From Nitrospirales bacterium (GTDB lineage: Bacteria; Nitrospirota; Nitrospiria; Nitrospirales; UBA8639): a stretch of DNA of 64,000 bases. Position numbers and translations under genes: made by a program. The stretch covers positions 1,563,380-1,627,379 of the forward strand of contig OY729426.1 in assembly GCA_963422365.1 (NCBI GenBank), in the 5' to 3' direction. Under the pieces are notes generated by a model. The model was not told the DNA's origin and did not search any database. It saw nothing but the letters and a program-made list of their open reading frames with translations. How positions within the stretch are numbered: position 1 is the first letter of the stretch; each line of letters opens with the position of its first letter. Below, piece by piece: positions 36,032 to 45,049 of this stretch.

Positions 36032-37339
36032 TCAACTCTTCTTTAAATTGAAGGCAATGGGAACGACGAGCCGTTCAATTTCGATGGATTCAGGCGGTTT
36101 CGTTGTTTGGAGAACCTTTTTCAACGTGGCAACGGCTGCCTTATCCAAGATGTCATAGCCTGATGGTTGCGAGATTTTTAAGGCTCGCACGGTTCCGGTC
36201 CTTGATAGAGAAATCGCGATGTGGGTGATCCCGGAATATCCAAGGCGTTTAGCGAGACGCGGGAATTCAAGGGTTTGGGAGATTCTCTCGCGCAGGCGCT
36301 TGCTAAAGGCCAAGAGTTCCGGAGAAAACCCGTTCGTCGAAACAGACCTGGAAATGGTTGTAGGACGGGCTTTTCTCATTTGGCGGGCATAATTGATCGT
36401 TGTCCGTGCCTGCATGACGGGCCTTCCTGATAAGAGTGCGGCAGGTTGACGCGCGGGCCTCGACAAAGTAGGCCTCACCGCTGGTTGAGACCCCCTGCGG
36501 GAGACGTGTTGTGTGTGTTTCATAACTTCCATTGCCGGAGCACGGGTTATCTTCTCGTCATGAGACGATAGGCTATTAACGGATTGCTGCCGGGGTGATG
36601 AGCTGACGGAGGCGACGACTGGTTGAGGCGCGACTACTTGCGAAGGCGTGTGAGTGATGCCGACGAGGCGGGCGGTGGGTTGTGGCGCAACCACTTGTGA
36701 AGCCATGTGGGTGATGCCGGCGGGTTGGGCGATTGGTTGAGAAGAAACCGTGCCGTTTCTGGTCGCAGGCTGAGAAAATGTTTGAGTATGCAGGACCGTC
36801 TTCGGTTGGGCCGTGGGTGTCTGGGTGATGCCGACCGGTCGTGCTGTTGGTTGGGGAGCGACCATGCTGGTTCTGGTTGCAGGCTGGGAAGCCGTTTGCA
36901 TGTGCAGGACCGTCTTCGGTTTGATCGTGGGTGTCTGTGCGACGCTGGTAGGGCGTGGCATGAGTCTCGGAGGCGGCTTCAGGGAAGGTTGGACAGTCGT
37001 CTGGGGAGTTACTGTTTGCCTGGTCTGAGTCTGTGTGCGTGGCTTGGACTGAGTCGGCTCCTTGGGAATTGGTTGGGGTTGCACCTGTTTCGGTTTGATC
37101 GTCGGTGTGGGCGGCGGTTTTTTCATCGTTTGACGATGGGTAGGAGGCGTGCGGGGTTGAGTGAGTTGAGGGGTGAAGAAGGAAACGGTGATAGGATCTC
37201 GCTCCACCCGTTGCGGAACGGGGAGCTTCTGCGAAAGGAGCAGGGCGAGGCCGATCATCATCGTATGCAGGCATACGGATAATCCCCAACTGCTCCAATA
37301 GTCTGGATGCTGTATCGCGCGGAAGACGGAACGTTTCAT
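36032..37339 (-). CDS. tonB: TonB-family energy transducer with an unusually long repetitive Pro/Thr/Gln linker
   Basis: N-terminal TM anchor (WGLSVCLHTMMIGLALLL), about 250 aa of P/T/Q-rich repeats and a C-terminal TonB_C-like domain (...EFPRLAKRLGYSGITHIAISLSRTGTVRALKISQPSGYDILDKAAVATLKK...). Confidence 0.8.
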   Translation of the reverse strand: MKRSVFRAIQHPDYWSSWGLSVCLHTMMIGLALLLSQKLPVPQRVERDPITVSFFTPQLTQPRTPPTHRQTMKKPPPTPTIKPKQVQPQPIPKEPTQSKPRTQTQTRQTVTPQTTVQPSLKPPPRLMPRPTSVAQTPTIKPKTVLHMQTASQPATRTSMVAPQPTARPVGITQTPTAQPKTVLHTQTFSQPATRNGTVSSQPIAQPAGITHMASQVVAPQPTARLVGITHTPSQVVAPQPVVASVSSSPRQQSVNSLSSHDEKITRAPAMEVMKHTQHVSRRGSQPAVRPTLSRPARQPAALLSGRPVMQARTTINYARQMRKARPTTISRSVSTNGFSPELLAFSKRLRERISQTLEFPRLAKRLGYSGITHIAISLSRTGTVRALKISQPSGYDILDKAAVATLKKVLQTTKPPESIEIERLVVPIAFNLKKS

Positions 37340-37534
37340 TCCCGACCCTTGCCGGTTCGGCGGGTTTTACAAATAATTATGAAACCAATTACCAAGATCA
37401 TCTTATTATATACCAGAATAAACGCTCTCGAACATGTCGAACCACCGGATTAACATGTTCGATCGCCGGATATATGGCTCGCTCAGGCCATCAAGCAGGG
37501 GCTCTTCTCTTGTCGTTGCCGGTTTCTTTTGTCA

Positions 37535-37760
37535 TCCCTGTAAATGTTCACTCATTCGTTGACAATTTCCGCTGTCTCCTTCTGTCGTTCCCGACATTTG
37601 TAATCGGGAATCCAGGGTTCTGTTCCAGGCCGGTCCACCCGAATAGATAGACAGTTGTAGCGGCGCCATCTCATGGCGCCTTCTTCTTGGCCGCTAAGGC
37701 ATGTCCCTGCCCGCGAGCGGGGATGCGGCCCTACAGTTCCTTCGCAGTCGCTTCGGACAA
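37535..37760. repeat. Mosaic repeat cluster between tonB and the ABC permease gene
   Basis: cattcgttgaca; ttcccgacatttgtaatcgggaatcc; gttgtagcggcgccatctcatggcgccttcttcttggcc (37654.., reverse complement of the 31156..31193 module); and a split ggccgc...atgcggcccta unit. Confidence 0.8.
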
Positions 37761-37903
37761 GCGCTCGGCTCAGACAGCCCTCGCCGAAGCGTCGGATTCG
37801 GTGCCGGGGCGCAGCCACGCCCAAGGCGGGGACAATGACAAAAATTCTTCGGAGGATTTCAGGATGAGGCTATGTTTCGCTTCATTCGAGATGGGTGGAA
37901 GGT

Positions 37904-39073
37904 TTATGCTCCCCTGAATTTGAGAGCATTGGGAATGTTCGTTCGCATGGCGCGAACCGCCGGGAGCAATCCGCCAAGGGTTGCCATGAAGACGCCGAAG
38001 AGGACGCCCCATAGTGCGATCCGAGGAGTCAGGACAAAACCATAGGCCAATTCCGACATGGTGGCGTAGTTAATGGTTGACAGAGAAGTGAATTGAAGCA
38101 ATGACGCCAGCGCGATGCCCAGACCGGAGCCAAGGAGCCCGATCAAGACCGACTCAAACACAAAGAGGTTGAAAATCCTCCTTCGCGTGAATCCCATCGC
38201 ACGCAGGGTGGCGATCTCGGTGGTGCGATGCGCGACCGCGCCGTACATCGTGATCATGGCGCCGAGGCTTGCCCCCGCGCTGAAGAGCCCAGTCAGCATA
38301 AGCCCCATGGTTCGGATAAAATTCGAGAGACCGCCGGATCGTGATTCATAATAAGCGGCTTCTTTGGTAATGGCTATCTGCAGGCGGGGATCTTGGTCGA
38401 TACGGGATTGGAGCGTGGGAAATAGCGAGGGGTCGCGCGGTCGAAAAATGGCTGAAGAATAATACGTGCGTCCGAACGCGTCCATGAATCGATCGGCATC
38501 CCCCCACATTTCGGATTCAAAGCCGCTTCCGTCCGCTTCAAAGGTTCCGACCACGGTCCAGTTCTGTCTGCCGAACCGAAGCGTTTGGCCCAGATCCGCA
38601 TTTTTAAAGCGTCGAGCGATCTCTTTGCCCGTCACCACTTCATTCGTTCCGGGACGCCACATGCGGCCCTTCACAAGCTTCACTTGAGACCGCACGTGAA
38701 ACGAGTCTGCCGATCCCCCACGGAGGGTCACGTTGCCCGCGGTGTCTGTGCCCCGTTTTACTAAGCTGATGAGCACCACGATTTCAGGCGAGAACAGCGA
38801 GTGGCCGTTCTGTTGAGCAATTTCCGGAAACGTTCGTAAGATGGCCGTCTGTTCCCGATAGAGTCCGCTTCCGATCTCGGAGATGGCTCCTTTCCGAAGG
38901 ACCAAGACATTGTCCATGGAGCCGGTATTGACTAAGGTGTGCTCGACGCCGTGTGCCAACATTAAGACTCCCACAAAGATGAACACGACCAGGCCTACTC
39001 CCATGATCGTCAACAGGTTGGTGGTTCGTCGAGCGAGCAGGTGACGGAAATTGTATGAGAAAAAAATCTGCAT
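37904..39073 (-). CDS. ABC transporter permease, FtsX/MacB-type
   Basis: N-terminal TM, a large periplasmic domain and a C-terminal FtsX 3-TM bundle (EIATLRAMGFTRRRIFNLFVFES). Confidence 0.85.
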   Translation of the reverse strand: MQIFFSYNFRHLLARRTTNLLTIMGVGLVVFIFVGVLMLAHGVEHTLVNTGSMDNVLVLRKGAISEIGSGLYREQTAILRTFPEIAQQNGHSLFSPEIVVLISLVKRGTDTAGNVTLRGGSADSFHVRSQVKLVKGRMWRPGTNEVVTGKEIARRFKNADLGQTLRFGRQNWTVVGTFEADGSGFESEMWGDADRFMDAFGRTYYSSAIFRPRDPSLFPTLQSRIDQDPRLQIAITKEAAYYESRSGGLSNFIRTMGLMLTGLFSAGASLGAMITMYGAVAHRTTEIATLRAMGFTRRRIFNLFVFESVLIGLLGSGLGIALASLLQFTSLSTINYATMSELAYGFVLTPRIALWGVLFGVFMATLGGLLPAVRAMRTNIPNALKFRGA

Positions 39074-39084
39074 GGATCTGAGCC

Positions 39085-39245
39085 GTCAATTCCTATCCAG
39101 AAGACATAAGGGCGGCCCCCCCCGCTAACCTTGTCCCCGACATTTGTTATTGGGGAAACTGCGAGGATGACAATTGGCTGTTTCTGTCACTCCCGATATT
39201 TTTAGTCGGGAATCCAGTCTCCGCATCTCATGCGGCCTAGAAAAG
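39085..39245. repeat. Mosaic repeat units inserted between the two permease genes of one operon
   Basis: cttgtccccgacatttgttattggggaaactgcg; tcactcccgatatttttagtcgggaatccagt; ccgcatctcatgcggcctag (39221..39240). Confidence 0.8.
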
Positions 39246-39295
39246 GTGCGATCCCTCGAACCCTTGGGGGATCGTGCGGTTAGAACGGGCATCAT

Positions 39296-40462
39296 TTATC
39301 CCATATGACGGAGTTCATTCCGAATCCGGCTGCGGAGGCAGAGCACAAACGGGATGACTGCCCCAACCAGCCCAATACTTACACTGAGGACCACCGCCAG
39401 CATCGGCAACTGAGCAGGTAGCTCAAACACCGTGAAAAACCCTCCCAAATTGCTGGTGAGGAACATGCCGAACCATCTGCTCGCGGGATACAGAAGGGCG
39501 ACCCCAAGGATTCCCCCGAAAAGAGAGAGACATACCGATTCGCCGAAAATCAAGAGACTGAGATGAGGAGCCCGAAACCCCAACGTCTTCAAGATCCCGT
39601 ATTCATGATGCCGTTCGCGAACGCTCATTGCCATGGCATTGGCGACAACCAAGATACTGATGCCCAGGATGAGGAAAGACATGATTTCGACTACGCGAAT
39701 GATAGCGCCGGACATGGTCACCATGTTGGCTTGAAACGCCTGTTCTGTTTCCGTTCGGGTTTCCGCTATGGAATTGGTAAAGGCTTGATCGATCTCCGTG
39801 GAGATTTGTGCTGCCTGTTCGGGGTTGGCCATCTGAACCACAAACCAGCCCACGGTCCCTGCGCGAGCCGGATCGTCGAGTCGCCGGCGTTCGTCCACCG
39901 CGCTCCAGTGAAGATACATGCTCCCTTCAGACGCGGTCGGCGTCGTCCTTGTGTAGATTCCTCGTATCGTGAATTCCCAATCGCCCGGATAGAGACTGCC
40001 TTGCAGGCGGACAATGTCACCAATGTCCCAGCCGAGTTTGTCGGCGAGCTCTCGCCCCACGATGCAAGCCCGGCGATCCCGGAGAAAGGCGTTTCGTTGT
40101 GCCGGCGGCAAGTGAATTTCAGGATGGAGCCCTAAATACGAGGTCGACTCTACGGCATATCGAGGAAAAAATGCCTTGCCGTCCTTCCATCGTCCACCAA
40201 ACCAGTTGGCGTAGGAAACCCCGCTCACGCCGGGAATTGCGGCAATGCGTTGTTGATAGGCCACCGGTAGTTGAAAGGAAATGGAAACGGCATGCCGGGT
40301 TCTCAAGCGATCGGGCTGCGATCCCAGCGATCCCGCATACCAGGCCGTGACCGTTGTGCGAAGGAGACCAAAGGCCAGAATGATAATACACATGGTCAGG
40401 ATGGTTAAAGTCGCCCGGAGCGGATGACGGAGCACGTTACGGAAGGTGTAGCGAAGCAACAT
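39296..40462 (-). CDS. ABC transporter permease, FtsX/MacB-type (second copy)
   Basis: Same architecture as above (EYGILKTLGFRAPHLSLLIFGES). Confidence 0.85.
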   Translation of the reverse strand: MLLRYTFRNVLRHPLRATLTILTMCIIILAFGLLRTTVTAWYAGSLGSQPDRLRTRHAVSISFQLPVAYQQRIAAIPGVSGVSYANWFGGRWKDGKAFFPRYAVESTSYLGLHPEIHLPPAQRNAFLRDRRACIVGRELADKLGWDIGDIVRLQGSLYPGDWEFTIRGIYTRTTPTASEGSMYLHWSAVDERRRLDDPARAGTVGWFVVQMANPEQAAQISTEIDQAFTNSIAETRTETEQAFQANMVTMSGAIIRVVEIMSFLILGISILVVANAMAMSVRERHHEYGILKTLGFRAPHLSLLIFGESVCLSLFGGILGVALLYPASRWFGMFLTSNLGGFFTVFELPAQLPMLAVVLSVSIGLVGAVIPFVLCLRSRIRNELRHMG

Positions 40463-41137
40463 TTATTCCAATCTTCCTTTCTGCAGCCTGCAGATAGTGG
40501 CGGCGCGTTGCGCGGCTTCGAGGTCATGGGTGACCAACACGATCGTCTTGCCTTGTTCCGTGTTCAGTCGTTGGAGCAGGGTCATGATCTCGTCTGCGGC
40601 GTCACTGTCCAAGTTGCCCGTCGGCTCATCCGCCAGGAGAATCGCGGGATCCATCACGATCGCTCGCGCAATCGCCACGCGCTGCTCCTGGCCTCCCGAG
40701 AGTTGACGCGGATAATGCGTCATTCGGTCGGCCAATCCCACAAGCCGCAAGGCGGTCGACACGTGTTTCGCGCGTTTCGCACGGGACAGGGACGTCAGCA
40801 GCAACGGCAACTCCACGTTTTCAGCCGCCGTCAGAACCGGAATCAAATTGTAGAACTGGAAGATGAATCCGATTGTTTTGGCCCGCCATTTGGCAAGTTG
40901 ATGGTCGGACAGTTGGTTCACATTGGTCTGATTGATGGACACGTGTCCGCGCACGGGACGGTCGAAGCCGGCCATCAGATTCAAAATGGTGGTTTTCCCC
41001 GACCCGGACGGGCCCAGCAAGGCCACGAAACTCGACGGTGCGATGGCGAGCGTCAGTTGCCTCAGGACGGGTATTTCGATGTCGTCTCGGAAATAGGAAT
41101 GCGAAACTTTTTGAATGTCGATGATGGATGAGGTCAT
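40463..41137 (-). CDS. ABC transporter ATP-binding protein (MacB/LolD-like)
   Basis: Walker A GPSGSGKTT, signature LSGGQEQRVAIARA, Walker B LLADEPTGNLD. Confidence 0.9.
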   Translation of the reverse strand: MTSSIIDIQKVSHSYFRDDIEIPVLRQLTLAIAPSSFVALLGPSGSGKTTILNLMAGFDRPVRGHVSINQTNVNQLSDHQLAKWRAKTIGFIFQFYNLIPVLTAAENVELPLLLTSLSRAKRAKHVSTALRLVGLADRMTHYPRQLSGGQEQRVAIARAIVMDPAILLADEPTGNLDSDAADEIMTLLQRLNTEQGKTIVLVTHDLEAAQRAATICRLQKGRLE

Positions 41138-41143
41138 GGGGCT

Positions 41144-42412
41144 TCACTCCTGAGCACGTTCTTGAATGAGACTGCCTGTGACGAGATCGTCGGAGGGATT
41201 GATGATAACGGTATTGCCTTGGACCACGTTCCCTCGAATGGGAATGAGCCCGTTACGAGGCGCTCCGGTTTCAACGGGTCTTTCCGACACCACGTTGTCC
41301 TTGACCAGCAGGACCGTCGTTTGTCCGTTTCGGGTTACGATGGCGTCGGGCGAAACCCCCAAGGTGTCAGGCGGTGCTTCTTCTTGGGAAGCCGACGAGG
41401 ATTGACTCAAAAAAGTCACCGTGGCGCTCATGTCCGGAAAGACCTTTTCGTCCAGATCGTCAAAGCGAATTTTGACGGGAATGGTGGCTTTGGTCCGATC
41501 GGCCGTCGGGACAATCTGACTCACGCTGCCGTGATAGATATGGTCCGGAACGGCTTCCAAGCTAATATGGGCCGGTTGGTCGAGGCCCACCGAGTTGAGA
41601 AAGGACTCCGAGACTTCGGCTTCAACTTGCAATGTGCGTAAATCGGCGATCGCGGCGACCGAGCCTCGGGACTGAGAGGCGCCAGCCATCGGCGCCACGA
41701 TTTCTCCGACTTCGGCGAATTTTTTCATGACGGTTCCATCAAAAGGGGCGCGAATCAAGGTGTTTTCAACGTCTACCTTCACCGCTTGAATTTCCGCTTG
41801 GGCCAGCTTCACCGCCGAGTATGATGACCGCACCGATGCCCGCGCTCGACGCAACCGGGCTTCTGCGGTGTCGAGTTCTGACAGAGTGACAAGGCCCTTG
41901 TCCCATAAGACCTTGATTCGTCGGTAATGGAGCGTCGCTTCTCGTAACTCGGGCCGTGCATTGGCCAAGGCGGCCTTCGCGACGTCTAATCGGGCGTGCG
42001 TTTGTAAGAGCCTTGCCTTGATGTCGGCCTGCTCCAGGGTCGCAATAATTTCTCCTTTGGTAACCCGATCTCCCACGTCAATGCGAACAGCCGTCAAACG
42101 GCCCGTGCCTTTTGACGCAACGGATGCCTGCCGCTGGGCGACCACATATCCGGTTGCGGTCAAGAGCCCTCGAGCGGGTGACTGAAAGAAACGCTGTACG
42201 CGGGTGACTTGAACGCGAGTGGCGTGCAATGAAAGCCCACTCGTCATGTAGGAGCCGATCGAGAAAAGAATCACGGCGGCTCCGATCACGAACGCAAAGC
42301 TTTTCCCGAATCTCTTCGGCCTGTGAGTGGAATTTTTCTCTATGATGAGGTCGTCTAAATCTGGAGCGTCTTTACCCGAGGGAGAAGAGAAATTCTCGCT
42401 TTTCTCTTTCAT
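41144..42412 (-). CDS. Efflux periplasmic adaptor (HlyD/MacA membrane-fusion family)
   Basis: N-terminal TM, lipoyl/barrel-sandwich segments and a coiled-coil hairpin (LDVAKAALANARPELREATLHYRR...). Confidence 0.85.
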   Translation of the reverse strand: MKEKSENFSSPSGKDAPDLDDLIIEKNSTHRPKRFGKSFAFVIGAAVILFSIGSYMTSGLSLHATRVQVTRVQRFFQSPARGLLTATGYVVAQRQASVASKGTGRLTAVRIDVGDRVTKGEIIATLEQADIKARLLQTHARLDVAKAALANARPELREATLHYRRIKVLWDKGLVTLSELDTAEARLRRARASVRSSYSAVKLAQAEIQAVKVDVENTLIRAPFDGTVMKKFAEVGEIVAPMAGASQSRGSVAAIADLRTLQVEAEVSESFLNSVGLDQPAHISLEAVPDHIYHGSVSQIVPTADRTKATIPVKIRFDDLDEKVFPDMSATVTFLSQSSSASQEEAPPDTLGVSPDAIVTRNGQTTVLLVKDNVVSERPVETGAPRNGLIPIRGNVVQGNTVIINPSDDLVTGSLIQERAQE

Positions 42413-42999
42413 GCATGCGTTCCTGTCTGATAACCGGAATGGAGAGCATCTCGAAAGAACCGTGGTGATAATCCCGTCGCCTTTTTGAAAAAATGGCTGA
42501 AAGAAAACTGGTCTTGGAATCCGAGGGCCTGGGCGATTTCGGTCAAATTCTGTTCGGAATTTTCTAAAAGGCGTTTGGCCGTTTGAAGGCGAAGCCGTTT
42601 CAAATACGCAGAGAAGGGTTCTCCCATGTGTAGAATGAAGAAAACAGAACAGTACTTTTCCGAATATCCAAAATGTTCTGATAAATCCTTGAGGGTCAAG
42701 CCCTGGTGAAGATGGGTCACGATGAATTCGTGGAGCCGTTCGGACAGGGTGGGGTTCGATGTCGCGAGGGTGTCGGAATCGGGTGACAGTGCCCGTAAAA
42801 CGAATTCCTTCGCGATTTGTTGCTTGTCATGGTTTTGTCGACCTTGATAAAAGCGCCTAGCCCAATTGGCGGTATACGCAAACAATTCGCGGAGTAAGGC
42901 ATGCTCATCGGCGGCACTGGATGGTGACAAGGGACCCTTGTCCTTATCGAGGACGATGACTGAGGCAGAATGGAGATGTTCTTTTTCGTCCGTATTCAT
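42409..42999 (-). CDS. AraC-family transcriptional regulator
   Basis: C-terminal double HTH (LTLKDLSEHFGYSEKYCSVFF...NLTEIAQALGFQDQFSFSHFFKKATGLSPRFFR). Confidence 0.85.
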   Translation of the reverse strand: MNTDEKEHLHSASVIVLDKDKGPLSPSSAADEHALLRELFAYTANWARRFYQGRQNHDKQQIAKEFVLRALSPDSDTLATSNPTLSERLHEFIVTHLHQGLTLKDLSEHFGYSEKYCSVFFILHMGEPFSAYLKRLRLQTAKRLLENSEQNLTEIAQALGFQDQFSFSHFFKKATGLSPRFFRDALHSGYQTGTHA

Positions 43000-43026
43000 T
43001 CAGACCCTTAGCGCGTCATAAGGGGG

Positions 43027-43063
43027 GCGGGAGGCTTATCAGGAGGAGGTTGGAGCCTCCCGC
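43027..43063. other. Strong 10-bp GC-rich hairpin between operons (possible terminator, no U-tract)
   Basis: gcgggaggct ... agcctcccgc perfect arms with a 17-nt loop. It lies between the 4-TM gene end (43196) and the AraC gene start (42999). Confidence 0.35.
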
Positions 43064-43195
43064 TCGTGAAGGGGTGTGATTGATTCCACTCCTTCCTTGG
43101 CTGACATTCAACAAAAAAGCCCAAGAAAGCATTATGCATTCTTGGGCTCTGGACCAACGGTCTCGGGCTCTATTCAAATAATCCGTGACGTGTCG

Positions 43196-43708
43196 TTACT
43201 CAGGGTCTCCTCGCATCATCAAGGGATGATTAAAAATCCACATTTCGTACATGGGAATCGCAAACATGATCAAAAACGTAATCGTCATGAGAACGTCGCC
43301 GGTCAACAGGGTCAATACGAAGAGGGGCGACACATAGGTGATGAGCCACGGCGACACGAGATCCAACGTCACGCCCACGAAGGCAACCCAGGTGGTCATC
43401 ACTTTTACGAGAGGGCTGGCCATGGTCAGATACAACACATGAACCATAATCAGAAACACGACCGGTAGCGTGAATAAGTGAAAATGTGTGGTTTCGGCCA
43501 ATTGCCCGAACGACATGGGCTCGCCGAAATTATCATCAGACCCGCGATAGTGTTGGGCAATGCCTTTGGGTGTCAGGTCGGTCATGCTGTGTGCCCACAC
43601 AAAGGTGAAGACAAATCCCGCGAACATGAAGAGAAGGAACCATGTGTACACCAATCGTATGTGGCGGTCAGTGTCACGTAGCCGAAACCGAGCATTGAAA
43701 TTCCGCAT
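43196..43708 (-). CDS. 4-TM integral membrane protein with membrane-embedded histidines (function unknown)
   Basis: 170 aa with four hydrophobic spans. His residues lie at or near TM boundaries (VWAHS, TTHFHLF, MVHVLY). Last gene of the porin/FMN_bind operon. Confidence 0.65.
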   Translation of the reverse strand: MRNFNARFRLRDTDRHIRLVYTWFLLFMFAGFVFTFVWAHSMTDLTPKGIAQHYRGSDDNFGEPMSFGQLAETTHFHLFTLPVVFLIMVHVLYLTMASPLVKVMTTWVAFVGVTLDLVSPWLITYVSPLFVLTLLTGDVLMTITFLIMFAIPMYEMWIFNHPLMMRGDPE

Positions 43709-43842
43709 CGTAAAGCAATCTTCACCGAGAGCCTTGAGATCTTCTTCTGTCAGTCGAGCCCTGAGCCTTTTCCGTCTCCCTCATTTCCACGCACGCACAT
43801 CCTCGACCACGACCGGGGTTGGGAATTGAGAAGATCCCACGC

Positions 43843-44556
43843 TTAGAGCCCGAAGAGGGCTTCAAAGAATCCTTTTTCAGACTTGCCGGCGACCATGATG
43901 TTGGTACCGAGACCACGGGGCTTCAAATAGAATTCATTCACCAGCACGAGGACGCGTTTCACGCCGGCGCTTGCGGACCGCACGGACATCGTCGCCCCCG
44001 TGATATTAATGATATCTCGATTAATCCGTATCGGGTCCCCGATGGTTTTCCCCTGGTACTGATAATTGAACCGTTTGGTGGCGATCTCATTGCCTCGGGC
44101 TTCCCGATACACCAGCACTTCAAAGTTCGTGACTTCGCCGGCTGAATCAACGGCCACCATGTACGTAATGGGGCGATGCTTGCCGATGGTATTCTGGACG
44201 ATGGCATATCCGTCGATGTTTCCTTGGGTCTCCCCAATATAGACATCGAAGGAGGTTTCCGGAAATTCCCAGCCGATGGCTTGTTCGACCATGGTTTTTT
44301 GCTCTGCAGTCAAGATCAAGGTGTCCTTGCGAATCTTTTCGGAATCCGGAAACATGACGGTCGCAGCGTCTTCCTTCGTGAAATAAACTTCTAAATGTCC
44401 TAGTTCCTCAGGCGTGAGCCATCGATTGAGCTCATGATCCCAGATTTGTTCCTGCGGGGAGGCTTGGGCAAACCCCTGGGATAAAGGAATCCCTAGCAAG
44501 ACACTGCACATGGCAACAATTCCTGTAAGTCTTTGAATTAACTTAAAACCGTACAT
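43843..44556 (-). CDS. Secreted FMN-binding (FMN_bind, NosR/RnfG/NqrC-type) domain protein
   Basis: Signal peptide. The domain ends in ...INRDIINITGATMSVRSASAGV; the [S/T]GA[S/T] Thr is the known ApbE flavinylation site type. Confidence 0.75.
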   Translation of the reverse strand: MYGFKLIQRLTGIVAMCSVLLGIPLSQGFAQASPQEQIWDHELNRWLTPEELGHLEVYFTKEDAATVMFPDSEKIRKDTLILTAEQKTMVEQAIGWEFPETSFDVYIGETQGNIDGYAIVQNTIGKHRPITYMVAVDSAGEVTNFEVLVYREARGNEIATKRFNYQYQGKTIGDPIRINRDIINITGATMSVRSASAGVKRVLVLVNEFYLKPRGLGTNIMVAGKSEKGFFEALFGL

Positions 44557-44993
44557 CCCTTATCCTTTAGTTGTTTGGTAATCCGTTGGGCCAGACGCCG
44601 CTCCTCCTCGGCGATGGGGGGAATGCGTCTCCAGCCGGATTGCGACCTCGCACCCATGGGAGAAAAAAACTCCCGGACTTGCCGAACGGAGATCCTGATC
44701 GGCTGCCGGGCTGCTTCGACATTCAGAAAAAATCGGGCGCGTTCCTCGTTGGACTCGCGTGAAAACACCCCGGCTTTTCGCTTGGAAGCAAAACCCACCC
44801 AATCGGTCGTAATCACCCCCTTGTCCTTATCCGTTTGACTCAACGCGAATTCATCCACGCTCGCGAGGGCCACGGACCATGCCTGGTCATAGGAACAGCC
44901 GGCGTTCACGGTGCTGGGTGCGCCGCCGGAAAGAGCCGCGCACCCCACCGTGAAAACAACCAAGAGCACAGAAAGAACGATATGCTTACCCAT
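44538..44993 (-). CDS. Lipoprotein of unknown function
   Basis: MGKHIVLSVLLVVFTVGC lipobox. The longer track ORF (to 45080) reads through a repeat element, so the ATG at 44993 is preferred. Confidence 0.6.
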   Translation of the reverse strand: MGKHIVLSVLLVVFTVGCAALSGGAPSTVNAGCSYDQAWSVALASVDEFALSQTDKDKGVITTDWVGFASKRKAGVFSRESNEERARFFLNVEAARQPIRISVRQVREFFSPMGARSQSGWRRIPPIAEEERRLAQRITKQLKDKGCTVLS

Positions 44994-45002
44994 AAATTCC
45001 TT

Positions 45003-45049
45003 CCCCCATCTCCCCTGGAGGGAGAGGGCCGGGGTGAGGGGATCTTCGC
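45003..45049. repeat. ctcccc..gggagagg..ggggtgagggg-type repeat unit inside an operon spacer
   Basis: ccatctcccctggagggagagggccggggtgaggggatcttcgcc. Related copies lie at about 46705..46760, 47160..47200 and 49720..49790. Confidence 0.75.

Noticed and set aside
36576-37298. 240-aa (minus) and 191-aa (plus) ORFs within tonB
   Set aside because: These are off-frame or antisense readings of the Pro/Thr/Gln repeat region. Long open frames are expected in low-complexity repeats.
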